Position numbers and translations under genes: made by a program. A DNA stretch of 64,000 nucleotides, taken from the NCBI GenBank assembly GCA_041484665.1, contig JBGPIA010000001.1, positions 576,001 to 640,000 of the forward strand. Reading direction: 5' to 3'. This document shows, piece by piece, positions 27,584 through 36,206 of this stretch (position 1 is the stretch's first letter; each line of letters opens with the position of its first letter). The DNA is from Candidatus Krumholzibacteriia bacterium (GTDB lineage: Bacteria > Krumholzibacteriota > Krumholzibacteriia > JAJRXK01). The notes beneath the pieces are model-generated. The model saw only the letters and a list, made by a program, of their open reading frames with translations. It ran no database searches and was not told the origin of the DNA.

Positions 27584-29713
27584 ATGCCCAGACTCCCCAC
27601 CCGCACCGAGATGGTCACCGAGACGCTCCACGGCGTCGAGATCGTGGATCCGTACCGCTGGCTGGAGGACGGAGATTCCCCGGAGGTACATGCGTGGGTC
27701 GCCACGCAGAACTCGGCCACGGTCGCGGCGCTGGAGTCCTTGCCGGCACGGCCAGCGATCCATGCCCGCCTCAGCGAGCTGCTGCGCATCGGGATGCTCT
27801 CCACCCCGGTGCCCCGCGGCCAATGGCTCTTCTACGAGCGTCGCGACGGCGAGCAGGACCAGCCCGTGCTGTACGTGCGTCGGGTGGACGACGCGCGGGG
27901 CGCGGCGAGGGGGCCCGGCGCGGTAGGTGGCCCGGGTGCGGCCGAGCGCGTGCTCATCGACACCAATGCGTTGGACCCCTCGGGTACCACTGCGCTGGAT
28001 TGGTGGATCCCGTCCTTGGACGGCAACCTGCTGGCCTACGGCCTGAGCGAAGGTGGAAGCGAGCGCTCTGTCCTGCGCGTCCGCGACGTGGAGAGCGGCC
28101 GGGATCATTCCGATGTCATCCCACACTGCCGCGCCGCCTCGATCGCCTGGGAGCCGGGCGGCGCTGGCTTCTACTACACGCGCTATCCGGCGCCTGGCGA
28201 GGTGCCCGCCGGCGAGGAGAACTATCGGCGGCGCGTGTTCCACCACCGCCTCGGCCGGCCCTGGCCACAGGACCCGCTGGTGTTCGGGGCGGAGCTCGAC
28301 CCCCACCACTGGCCCATGGTCCAACTTTCCTCCGATGGCCGGTGGCTGCTCTGCACGGTGCAGAAGGGCTGGACGTCGACCGAGCTGTATCTGCGGGATC
28401 TGCGCGATCCGCGCGGAGCGTTCGAGCAGCTGGCGGCAGGCGTGGAGGCGATCTTCGCGGGCGATCTCTACCGCGACTGCCTCTATGTCACGACCAACTG
28501 GGACGCGCCCCGCTTCCGGGCGCTGCGCGCCGACCTGGACGCCCCCCAGCGTGCCGCGCTGGCGAGCTGGACGGAGCTGCTCCCCGAGGGCGACGGGGTG
28601 CTGCAGGGCGCGCTGGTGATCGGCGGTCGGCTGTTCGCCGTCTACCTGGAGCACGCCCACTCCCGGGTGCGCGCCTTCGAGCTCGACGGGCGTCCGCTGC
28701 CGGCGGTCGACCTGCCGGCGCTGGGCACGATCGAAGGCCCCGCTGGAGAGGAGGACGGCGACGCGGCCTGGTTCCTCTATTCGAGCTTCTTCGTTCCCCC
28801 CACCGTGTATCGCCTCGATCTGGAGACCTGGCGCAGCGCGGAGCGCGAACGCATCCGCGCAGATGTGGATCCGGCCCGCTACGAAAGCCGCCAGGTGTGG
28901 TACGAGAGCAAGGACGGCACGCGCGTGTCGATGTTCCTCACCCACCGGCGTGGGCTGCGGACCGACGGCGACAACCCCACGTTGCTGTACGGTTACGGGG
29001 GATTCAGCGTGCCGCTGACGCCGGCCTTCCAGCGCAACACGTTCCTGTGGCTGGAGAGCGGCGGCGTGCTGGCGGTGCCCAATCTGCGCGGCGGCGGCGA
29101 ATACGGCGAGGGCTGGCACGAGGCCGGCATGCTCGAGCACAAGCAGAACAGCTTCGACGATTTCCTGGCGGCGGCCCGCTGGCTCATCGACCAACGGATC
29201 ACACGCCCGCAGCGCCTGGGGATCATGGGCGGAAGCAACGGAGGATTGCTGGTGGGCGCGGCGCTCACGCAGGCGCCCGAGCTGTTCGCCGCCGCCGTAT
29301 GCCAGGTTCCGTTGCTGGACATGCTGCGCTACCCCCGCTTCCTGCTCGGGCGGCTGTGGATCCCCGAATACGGCGATCCCGACGATCCCGAGCAGTTCCG
29401 GTGGCTGCTGGCGTACTCCCCCTACCACCGCGTGCGCGAAGGAGCGACGTACCCGGCGACGCTCATCATGACCAGCGAGGAGGACACGCGCGTGGACCCC
29501 ATGCACGCGCGGAAGATGGCCGCGCGGCTCCAGGCGTCCACGCCCGGGGAGGAGCCGATCCTGCTGCGCATCGAGAGCCGCGCCGGGCACGGGGCGGGCA
29601 AGCCCATCTCCAAGACGCTCGCTGAATACACCGACATCTGGAGCTTCCTGTTCTGGCGCCTGCGGCTCTCACCGCCGGCGGCACCGGGGCGCGAAGCGGG
29701 AACGGAAGTGTGA
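27584..29713 (+). CDS. Prolyl oligopeptidase (S9A)
   Basis: 'DPYRWLED', 'LYGYGGF', 'NLRGGGEYGEGWH', 'GGSNGGLL', 'DTRVDP', 'AGHG'. Confidence 0.95.
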   Translation: MPRLPTRTEMVTETLHGVEIVDPYRWLEDGDSPEVHAWVATQNSATVAALESLPARPAIHARLSELLRIGMLSTPVPRGQWLFYERRDGEQDQPVLYVRRVDDARGAARGPGAVGGPGAAERVLIDTNALDPSGTTALDWWIPSLDGNLLAYGLSEGGSERSVLRVRDVESGRDHSDVIPHCRAASIAWEPGGAGFYYTRYPAPGEVPAGEENYRRRVFHHRLGRPWPQDPLVFGAELDPHHWPMVQLSSDGRWLLCTVQKGWTSTELYLRDLRDPRGAFEQLAAGVEAIFAGDLYRDCLYVTTNWDAPRFRALRADLDAPQRAALASWTELLPEGDGVLQGALVIGGRLFAVYLEHAHSRVRAFELDGRPLPAVDLPALGTIEGPAGEEDGDAAWFLYSSFFVPPTVYRLDLETWRSAERERIRADVDPARYESRQVWYESKDGTRVSMFLTHRRGLRTDGDNPTLLYGYGGFSVPLTPAFQRNTFLWLESGGVLAVPNLRGGGEYGEGWHEAGMLEHKQNSFDDFLAAARWLIDQRITRPQRLGIMGGSNGGLLVGAALTQAPELFAAAVCQVPLLDMLRYPRFLLGRLWIPEYGDPDDPEQFRWLLAYSPYHRVREGATYPATLIMTSEEDTRVDPMHARKMAARLQASTPGEEPILLRIESRAGHGAGKPISKTLAEYTDIWSFLFWRLRLSPPAAPGREAGTEV

Positions 29714-30573
29714 TGCGCCAGACCAGCGGAGCGATCGTCTGCTCGAGCTGCGGCCGGCTGGTCGACGTCAACGAGTCCCGCTGCCCCTACTGCGGGCAAT
29801 GGCGTCCGGGGATGTTCGGCTTCTCCACTTTCCTGCAGCAGAGACTCGGGGACATCGACGTCACCACCGCGATCTCCGGCTTCTGCATCGTGCTGTACGT
29901 CCTGGGGCTGCTGCTGGACCCGCGTGGGCTCCTGCACATCCGCGGGCTGTTCTCGCTGCTGTCGCCCACGGTCCGGTCGCTGGTGCTGCTGGGCATGACG
30001 GGCGACGTGGTCGGCCGCGGCGGCGCGCAGGGCGACTTCTGGCTGCAGCTGCGGGCGTGGACCTCGGTCGTGTCGGCGATCTTCCTGCACGGCGGCCTGC
30101 TCCACATCTTCTTCAACCTGATGTGGATCCGACAGCTCGGCCCGTTCGTCGAAGAGTCATACGGAAGCGCGCGGGCGTTCCTGATCTTCGTGGTATCGGG
30201 AGCCGGTGGATTCGTCTTGTCCAACCTGGTGAGCGGTACGCCGACCGTGGGCGCGTCGGGATCGATCTTCGGACTGCTCGCCGCCACTGTGGCCTACGGG
30301 CGGCGGCGCGGCGGCTCCATCGGCGCGGCGGTGAGCCAGCAGGCCTTGATGTGGGCTGTGATGGTGTTCGCAATGGGTTTCCTCATGCCGGCGGTGAACA
30401 ACTGGGCGCACGGGGGCGGGTTCGCCGGTGGCTACCTCGTCTCGTTGGCCCTACTCCCCCATGTCCACCGCGCCGAGAGCCCGCGTATGCGCCTGACGGC
30501 GCTGCTCTTGGCGCTCTTGTGCGTCGCCTCGATCCTGGTGTCGGTGGTGACGATCTTCACGCGCATGATCTAG
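29713..30573 (+). CDS. Rhomboid intramembrane serine protease with N-terminal zinc ribbon
   Basis: TGATG coupling; 'CSSC..CPYC'; 'FLHGGLLHIFFN', 'VGASGSIFG', 'NWAHGGG'. Confidence 0.92.
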   Translation: MRQTSGAIVCSSCGRLVDVNESRCPYCGQWRPGMFGFSTFLQQRLGDIDVTTAISGFCIVLYVLGLLLDPRGLLHIRGLFSLLSPTVRSLVLLGMTGDVVGRGGAQGDFWLQLRAWTSVVSAIFLHGGLLHIFFNLMWIRQLGPFVEESYGSARAFLIFVVSGAGGFVLSNLVSGTPTVGASGSIFGLLAATVAYGRRRGGSIGAAVSQQALMWAVMVFAMGFLMPAVNNWAHGGGFAGGYLVSLALLPHVHRAESPRMRLTALLLALLCVASILVSVVTIFTRMI

Positions 30574-30715
30574 CTTCACATCAGGAGAGCGCGCAGCGCG
30601 ACCGCGGGCGGGCGCATGACGCAGTGCACCCAAGACGAAGCGGGCCCGACTTTGGCCGGACCCGCTGCGACCCACCGCAATGGCCACCGGGCGGGCGCGC
30701 CGTGCGCGCCGTCAC

Positions 30716-31315
30716 TCAGCTCGCCTTCTTCTGGACGGCTTCGACCTCGATGTCGATGGTCACGTCGTCGCCCAGCAGCATCCCGCCGTTGTCGAGCGCC
30801 TTGTTCCAGAGCAGGCCGAAGTCCTTGCGGTTGATCTTCAGGCTCCCTGCGAAGCCGGCGCGGGTGTTTCCCCAGGGGTCCTTCCCCGAGCCGCGATACT
30901 CGAAGGGGATCGTCACGGACTTGGTGACCCCGTGGATGCTGAGGTCTCCGGTGAGCTCCATGCCGTCCTTGGTCTTCTTGACAGCAGTGGTCTTGAACGT
31001 GAGCGTCGGGAATTTCTCCACGTCGAAGAAGTCGGGGCTGCGCAGGTGCTTGTCGCGATCGTCGTTGGCCGTGCTGATGCTCGCGGCCTGGATCGTGATG
31101 TCGGCCGCGCCCTTCTCGAGATCCGCGGGATCAAATTCCATCGTGCCGGACCACTGGTTGAACTTGCCCGTGCTATTGGAGAAGAGGTGCCGGACCTTGA
31201 AGGTCAGCACGGAGTGCACCGTGTCGATGTTCCAGGTGGCGGCAGCCGGGGTGGAAGCCATCGCAAGAGCGACGGCGATCCCCAGTGCGATGGGTGTGAC
31301 GAACTTTCGCATCAT
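30716..31315 (-). CDS. YceI-family periplasmic lipid/polyisoprenoid-binding protein
   Basis: 'WNIDTVHS', 'RDKHLRSPDFFDVEKFP', 'GDLSIHGVTK', 'DPWGNTRAGF'. Confidence 0.95.
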   Translation of the reverse strand: MMRKFVTPIALGIAVALAMASTPAAATWNIDTVHSVLTFKVRHLFSNSTGKFNQWSGTMEFDPADLEKGAADITIQAASISTANDDRDKHLRSPDFFDVEKFPTLTFKTTAVKKTKDGMELTGDLSIHGVTKSVTIPFEYRGSGKDPWGNTRAGFAGSLKINRKDFGLLWNKALDNGGMLLGDDVTIDIEVEAVQKKAS

Positions 31316-31510
31316 TACTCCGTCCTTGGGTCGAGGTCATGGTCGGGAACAGCAGTCTGCTCACGACGCGCACCCGACAGTCGACGAGCAGGTGCGCCTG
31401 GTTGACGCGATAGCATAGGCTGGGATGCCCGATTTCGCATCCCCCGCCGCTCGAGCGTGCCGGCGATGCTCGTCGCGTTGGCGCTGGACCGGGCTGCGGG
31501 GCGCCAGCCA

Positions 31511-31606
31511 GGACGACACTCTGGAAGGTGGCCGGGACAACACCCCGGACAGCGCCGAGGCGACCTGCCGGATGACCACGCGGACGACAGCCCGGACAGC
31601 GCCGGA
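31511..31606 (+). repeat. Degenerate ~12-bp tandem repeat in the yceI / M2 peptidase intergenic region
   Basis: Units ggacgacactct, ggaaggtggccg, ggacaacacccc, ggacagcgccga, ggcgacctgcc, ggatgaccacgc, ggacgacagccc, ggacagcgcc; perfect 14-mer cccggacagcgccg at 31544 and 31591. Confidence 0.45.
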
Positions 31607-31740
31607 GCGGTTGCCACCCCCGCAGCGGCTGCAGCACGCGAACCGCGCTGGATGCGCCGCGCGCGAAGCGTTAGACTGGCCCGCCGTCCCCCCACCAGCG
31701 ACCGACGCAGCCCGTCGCAGGCCCGACAAGAGGATCCACC

Positions 31741-33672
31741 ATGTTTTGCAAGTCTGTGAAAAGTGCCCCGTGCTCACCCCGCTCTCCTATTCGCAGCGCC
31801 GGCCCTGCGACGGCGGCGATCGCCGTCGCGGCGCTTTGGAGCGTAGTCGGCAGCGGAATCGGCGATGTGGTCTTCGCCGCGCACGCGACCGCCGCGCCCG
31901 CAACGGAGGGCGATACCACGCGAGCCGCCGGGGCTTCCACCCCGCAGCAGGAGGCGGACGCCTTCCTGCACCTCTACTCCTCGGTATTCCAGCGGCTGTT
32001 CACGGTGGACGAGGGCTCCAACTGGCTCGCCACCACCGACGTCACCCCGGAACACGACGGGATGCGGGTGGCGGCCGGCAAGGCGTCCGCGGCATTCTCG
32101 GGCGACCCGGTGGTCATCGACACGCTGCGCCGCCTGCGCGCCCAGAGCGCGCAGCTCGACGCCCTCACCGTGCGCCAGCTCGAGAAGGCCTGGCTGGACG
32201 CCGCGGAGGCGCCCGGGACCATCCCCGACGTCGTCAACGCCCGCATCGAGGCCGAGTCGCGCCAGAGCAGCACGCTCGACAGCTTCGAGTTCTGCCTGGA
32301 GCGCAACGCCGAAGGCAGCTGCGTCAAGGTGCTCACCGCCAACCAGATCGACGATCTGCTGCTGAAGAGCCGCGACCTGGCCGAGCGCCAGCGGGTCTGG
32401 GAAGCGAGCAAGGAGAGCGGCAAGGCCCTCAAGCCCGGACTGATCCAGCTGCAGAAGCTGCGCAACGCGGTCGCCAAGGAGATGGGATACGACTCCTTCT
32501 TCGCGCTGCAGGTGGCCGACTACGGCATGACCGTGCCCGAGATGATGGCGATGCTCGACCAGTGGCTGCAGGATCTGCAACCTCTCTACGTGGAGCTGCA
32601 CACGTGGGCCAAGTACAGCCTCGCCAAGCGCTACAACCAGCCCGTGCCCAAGAGCATTCCCGCCCACTGGCTGGGCAACCGCTGGTCGCAGAGCTGGCCG
32701 GGGCTGGTGGACGCGGTCGACCTCGACGCGCTGTTCAAGGACAAGAGCCCCGAGCAGATCGTGAAGATGGGAGAGAGCTTCTACGTGTCGATGGGCTTTC
32801 CCAGCCTGCCGCCGACCTTCTGGGAGCGCAGCGATCTCTATCCCGTCGACCCCAAGAGCGGCCGCAAGAAGAACACGCACGCCAGCGCATGGCACATCGA
32901 CCTCGATCACGACGTGCGTTCGCTGATGAGCGTGGAGAGCAATGCCGAGTGGTTCGGCACGGTCCACCACGAGCTGGGGCACATCTACTATTACCTGTCC
33001 TACACCCGGCCCGAGGTGCCCGTGCTGCTGCGCGCTGGCGCCAACCGTGGCTTCCACGAGGGGATCGGCGAGCAGATCACCATCGCCGCGTTCCAGGCGC
33101 CGTATCTCCGGCAGGTCGGCATCCTGCCCGAGGGCTACAAGGTCGATCCCATCCTGTGGCTCTTGAACGAGGCGCTGACCGAGACCGTGACGTTCCTGCC
33201 ATGGGCCGCCGGCACCATGAGCCACTGGGAGCATGACCTCTACGAGGAGAATCTCTCCCCCGAGCAGTGGAACAAGCGCTGGTGGGAGTACGTGGCGAAG
33301 TACCAGGGCGTCGAGCCGCCAGCGCAGCGCGCTGGCGAGGAGCTCTGCGACCCCGCGACTAAGACCCACGTCAACGACGACCCGGCGCAGTATTACGACT
33401 ACGCCCTGGCGACCGTGCTGAAGTACCAGCTCCACAACCAAATCGCCAAACAGATCCTCAAGCAGCCGGCGACCAGTTGCAGCTACTACGGCAGCAAGGA
33501 AACGGGGACCTTCTTGCGGTCGATCCTGGAGAAGGGCGCCACGCAGGACTGGCGCAAGGTGCTGGTTGAGGCCACCGGTGAGCCGCTCTCGACGCGGGCG
33601 ATGATGGAGTACTTCCAGCCCCTGTACGAATGGCTGCAGAAGGAGAACAAGGGCAGGCAGAAGGGGTGGTAG
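31741..33672 (+). CDS. M2-family metallopeptidase (ACE-like peptidyl-dipeptidase)
   Basis: GAGGA RBS; 'IPAHWLGNRWSQSW', 'HASAW', 'HHELGH' HExxH, 'GANRGFHEGIGE', 'DPATKTHV'. Confidence 0.93.
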   Translation: MFCKSVKSAPCSPRSPIRSAGPATAAIAVAALWSVVGSGIGDVVFAAHATAAPATEGDTTRAAGASTPQQEADAFLHLYSSVFQRLFTVDEGSNWLATTDVTPEHDGMRVAAGKASAAFSGDPVVIDTLRRLRAQSAQLDALTVRQLEKAWLDAAEAPGTIPDVVNARIEAESRQSSTLDSFEFCLERNAEGSCVKVLTANQIDDLLLKSRDLAERQRVWEASKESGKALKPGLIQLQKLRNAVAKEMGYDSFFALQVADYGMTVPEMMAMLDQWLQDLQPLYVELHTWAKYSLAKRYNQPVPKSIPAHWLGNRWSQSWPGLVDAVDLDALFKDKSPEQIVKMGESFYVSMGFPSLPPTFWERSDLYPVDPKSGRKKNTHASAWHIDLDHDVRSLMSVESNAEWFGTVHHELGHIYYYLSYTRPEVPVLLRAGANRGFHEGIGEQITIAAFQAPYLRQVGILPEGYKVDPILWLLNEALTETVTFLPWAAGTMSHWEHDLYEENLSPEQWNKRWWEYVAKYQGVEPPAQRAGEELCDPATKTHVNDDPAQYYDYALATVLKYQLHNQIAKQILKQPATSCSYYGSKETGTFLRSILEKGATQDWRKVLVEATGEPLSTRAMMEYFQPLYEWLQKENKGRQKGW

Positions 33673-33935
33673 CGGGCGGCCCTCCTGGACCGGCGTTCCG
33701 GACGCTCGCGAGGGAGGCGAGCGCTGGCAGAACGGCGTGCCCCCAGCGATCCACGCAGGCTGCGTCCACGATGTGCACCAGACGCTGATCGCTCGTCAGT
33801 TGAGGCGTTGAGCCGGGTAGACTCCCGCGTCCCGGGTGCAAAGCCCAGCCAGCCTGCTCGCCGGGCGGCCGCTCGAGGGCCAAGCTCGCCCCCCGCGTCC
33901 GATCCGCGCCGTCGACGATCTCGGCCCGCCCCCCC

Positions 33936-33981
33936 TTGCATTTGTGTCTCATCTACACTATCGTTTGTGTCGTGCCTACAC
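33936..33981 (+). promoter_or_regulatory. Sigma70 promoter with two tandem NrtR-type operators
   Basis: TTGCAT (33936-41), 17 nt, TATCGT (33959-64); tttGTGTctcatctACAC (33941-58) and tttGTGTcgtgcctACAC (33964-81), both GT-N7-AC palindromes. Confidence 0.75.
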
Positions 33982-34706
33982 CGACTGACAGCCACAGGAC
34001 CGAGGGTCCGACGACCCTCGTGGACTCCCACCACCTCCCGGACCTGCCGGTCACGGTGGATACCGTGATCCTCACGGTGCTGGAGGGGGCGCTGCAGGTC
34101 CTGTTGGTGCGCCGCCTGGATGACCCGTTCGCGGGCCTCTGGGCGCTGCCGGGGGGGTTCGTGAGGCGAGAGGAGCCACTGGAGGAGGCGGCGCTGCGCG
34201 AGTTGCGGGAGGCCACCGGCACGACCGATGTCTATCTGGAGCAGCTCTACACCTTCGGTGCGCCGGGCCGCGACACGCGCGGGCGCGTAGTCAGCGTGGC
34301 CTACGTGGCGCTGGTGGCGGCCGACAGGGTGCCCCTGGCTCCCCACCGCTTGGAAGCCGAGGCGCGCTGGTGGCCGGTGTATGCGCTGCCGCCCATGGCC
34401 TTCGACCACGGCCCGATGATCGATGTCGCTCTGCGCCGGGTGCGAACGAAGCTGGAGTACACGACGATCGGCTTCCAGCTCGTGCCATCGACCTTCAGTC
34501 TGGTCGAGCTGCAGTCGATCTACGAGGTGGTGCTCGGGCGCGGCCTCGACAAGCGCAACTTCCGGCGCAAGCTGCGCCTGCTGGGGCTGGTCGAGCCCAC
34601 GCAGCAGCGCCGCGCCGAGGGCCCGGGCCGCCCGGCGATGCTGTACCGCTTCCCGAGGGTGGACTTCGTCAACCTGCGGGACCGCGGGATCCACGTCCCG
34701 TTCTAG
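33972..34706 (+). CDS. nrtR: NrtR-family Nudix-related transcriptional regulator
   Basis: 'VTVDTVI', 'WALPGGFV', 'AALRELREATG', 'LEQLYTFG', 'MAFDH', wHTH 'LDKRNFRRKL..GRPAMLY'; start is GTG 33972 (leaderless) or GTG 34020. Confidence 0.88.
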   Translation: MPTPTDSHRTEGPTTLVDSHHLPDLPVTVDTVILTVLEGALQVLLVRRLDDPFAGLWALPGGFVRREEPLEEAALRELREATGTTDVYLEQLYTFGAPGRDTRGRVVSVAYVALVAADRVPLAPHRLEAEARWWPVYALPPMAFDHGPMIDVALRRVRTKLEYTTIGFQLVPSTFSLVELQSIYEVVLGRGLDKRNFRRKLRLLGLVEPTQQRRAEGPGRPAMLYRFPRVDFVNLRDRGIHVPF

Positions 34707-34744
34707 CCCCTCCCTGCGAGGCCCCTGTGAGCGAGGAACTTGAA

Positions 34745-35881
34745 GTGAGCACGACCTACACCCCCCTGCCCGACTCGATCACGTCCCTGCCGGCGGAGGA
34801 CCTCCAGGCCCGGATCGTCGCGGCCCGACGCCTGCTGGGCAAGGAGCTCGTGATCCTGGGCCACCACTACCAGGCCGACGATGTGATCCGCCACGCTGAC
34901 TGCACCGGGGACAGCTTCAAGCTGGCGCAGCACGCGGCGGCGCAGAAGCACTCGCCGTACGTGATCATGTGCGGCGTGCATTTCATGGCCGAGAGCGCCG
35001 ACATCCTCACCAGCGACCGGCAGACGGTGATCTTGCCGGACCTGGCGGCTGGCTGCTCCATGGCCGACATGGCTGACATCGACGACGTCGAGGAGGCGTG
35101 GGACCTGCTGAACGCGCTGGGCGCGGGCGGGATCGTGCCCATCACCTACATCAATTCCAGCGCGGCCATCAAGGACTTCTGCGGCCGCCACGGCGGCGTG
35201 GTGTGCACCAGCAGCAATGCGGCGAAGGTGCTCACCTGGGCCTTCGAGCGCGGTGAGCGGGCGATGTTCATCCCCGACCAGCACCTGGGTCGCAATACGG
35301 CTTACGCCATGGGCATTCCGCTGGAGCAGATGCCGCTGTGGGATCCCAAGGCCAGCAAGGGGGGCGCGAGCCCTGACGTCTACCGCCAAAGTAAGGTGAT
35401 CCTCTGGCGCGGTCACTGCAGCGTGCACGCCAAGTTCACCCTCGACGGCGTCGAGCGCATCCGCGCCGCCGATCCGGCCTTCAAGATTCTCGTGCACCCC
35501 GAGTGCAACTTCCAGGTCGTGCAGGCCGCCGATCTGGTCGGTTCCACGGAGTTCATCATCCGCGCTGTCGAGGGCGCTGCCGCAGGAGCGAAGTGGGCGA
35601 TCGGGACCGAGTTCCACCTGGTAAATCGCCTGGCGGACCAGCACCCCGAGCAGACGATCGTGAGCTTGGCGGGGATCCAGTGCGCCTGCGCCACGATGTA
35701 CCGCATCGACCCGCCCCACCTGCTATGGGCGCTGGAGAACCTGGCGCGGGGCCAGGTCGTGAACCCCATCCACGTCCGCAAGGATGTGGCCGAGGGCGCG
35801 CGCCTGGCGCTCGACCGCATGCTCGCCTTGCGCGGCGACGGGGCGGTTGGCAAGGCGAAGCTGGCAATGGCGCCGGCCTAG
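34745..35881 (+). CDS. nadA: Quinolinate synthase
   Basis: 'ILGHHYQ', 'GDSFKLA', 'CGVHFMAE', 'AGCSMADMA', 'YINSSA', 'CTSSNA', 'HPEC'; GAGGA RBS before GTG. Confidence 0.95.
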   Translation: MSTTYTPLPDSITSLPAEDLQARIVAARRLLGKELVILGHHYQADDVIRHADCTGDSFKLAQHAAAQKHSPYVIMCGVHFMAESADILTSDRQTVILPDLAAGCSMADMADIDDVEEAWDLLNALGAGGIVPITYINSSAAIKDFCGRHGGVVCTSSNAAKVLTWAFERGERAMFIPDQHLGRNTAYAMGIPLEQMPLWDPKASKGGASPDVYRQSKVILWRGHCSVHAKFTLDGVERIRAADPAFKILVHPECNFQVVQAADLVGSTEFIIRAVEGAAAGAKWAIGTEFHLVNRLADQHPEQTIVSLAGIQCACATMYRIDPPHLLWALENLARGQVVNPIHVRKDVAEGARLALDRMLALRGDGAVGKAKLAMAPA

Positions 35882-36206
35882 TTGCACCACCGGCCGCAGC
35901 GGGCCGCCTTGCCATCCGCATCCTGACCGGCCCCTGTGGCGCCCGGGGCGGATCGCCGGTACGTCGCTGACGGCGGCCTCCCGCAACCCGGGCGGCGCTG
36001 CGCACGTATCGCTTGCCGACCGCGAGCCGGTGGACTTCCTTTGCGATCGCCTGACCTGGGGCGACCAGCGGCGCCGGTCACAACCACAGACTGCATCCAG
36101 CGGCCCCCGCGCTTCCACCCGCCCCGCCCCGGATGGTAAGCTGCCAGTTCCCCGCACTGGCACTCGCGACCGCTGCCAGCCGCCCCTTATTCCCGCCGGA
36201 GGATCC

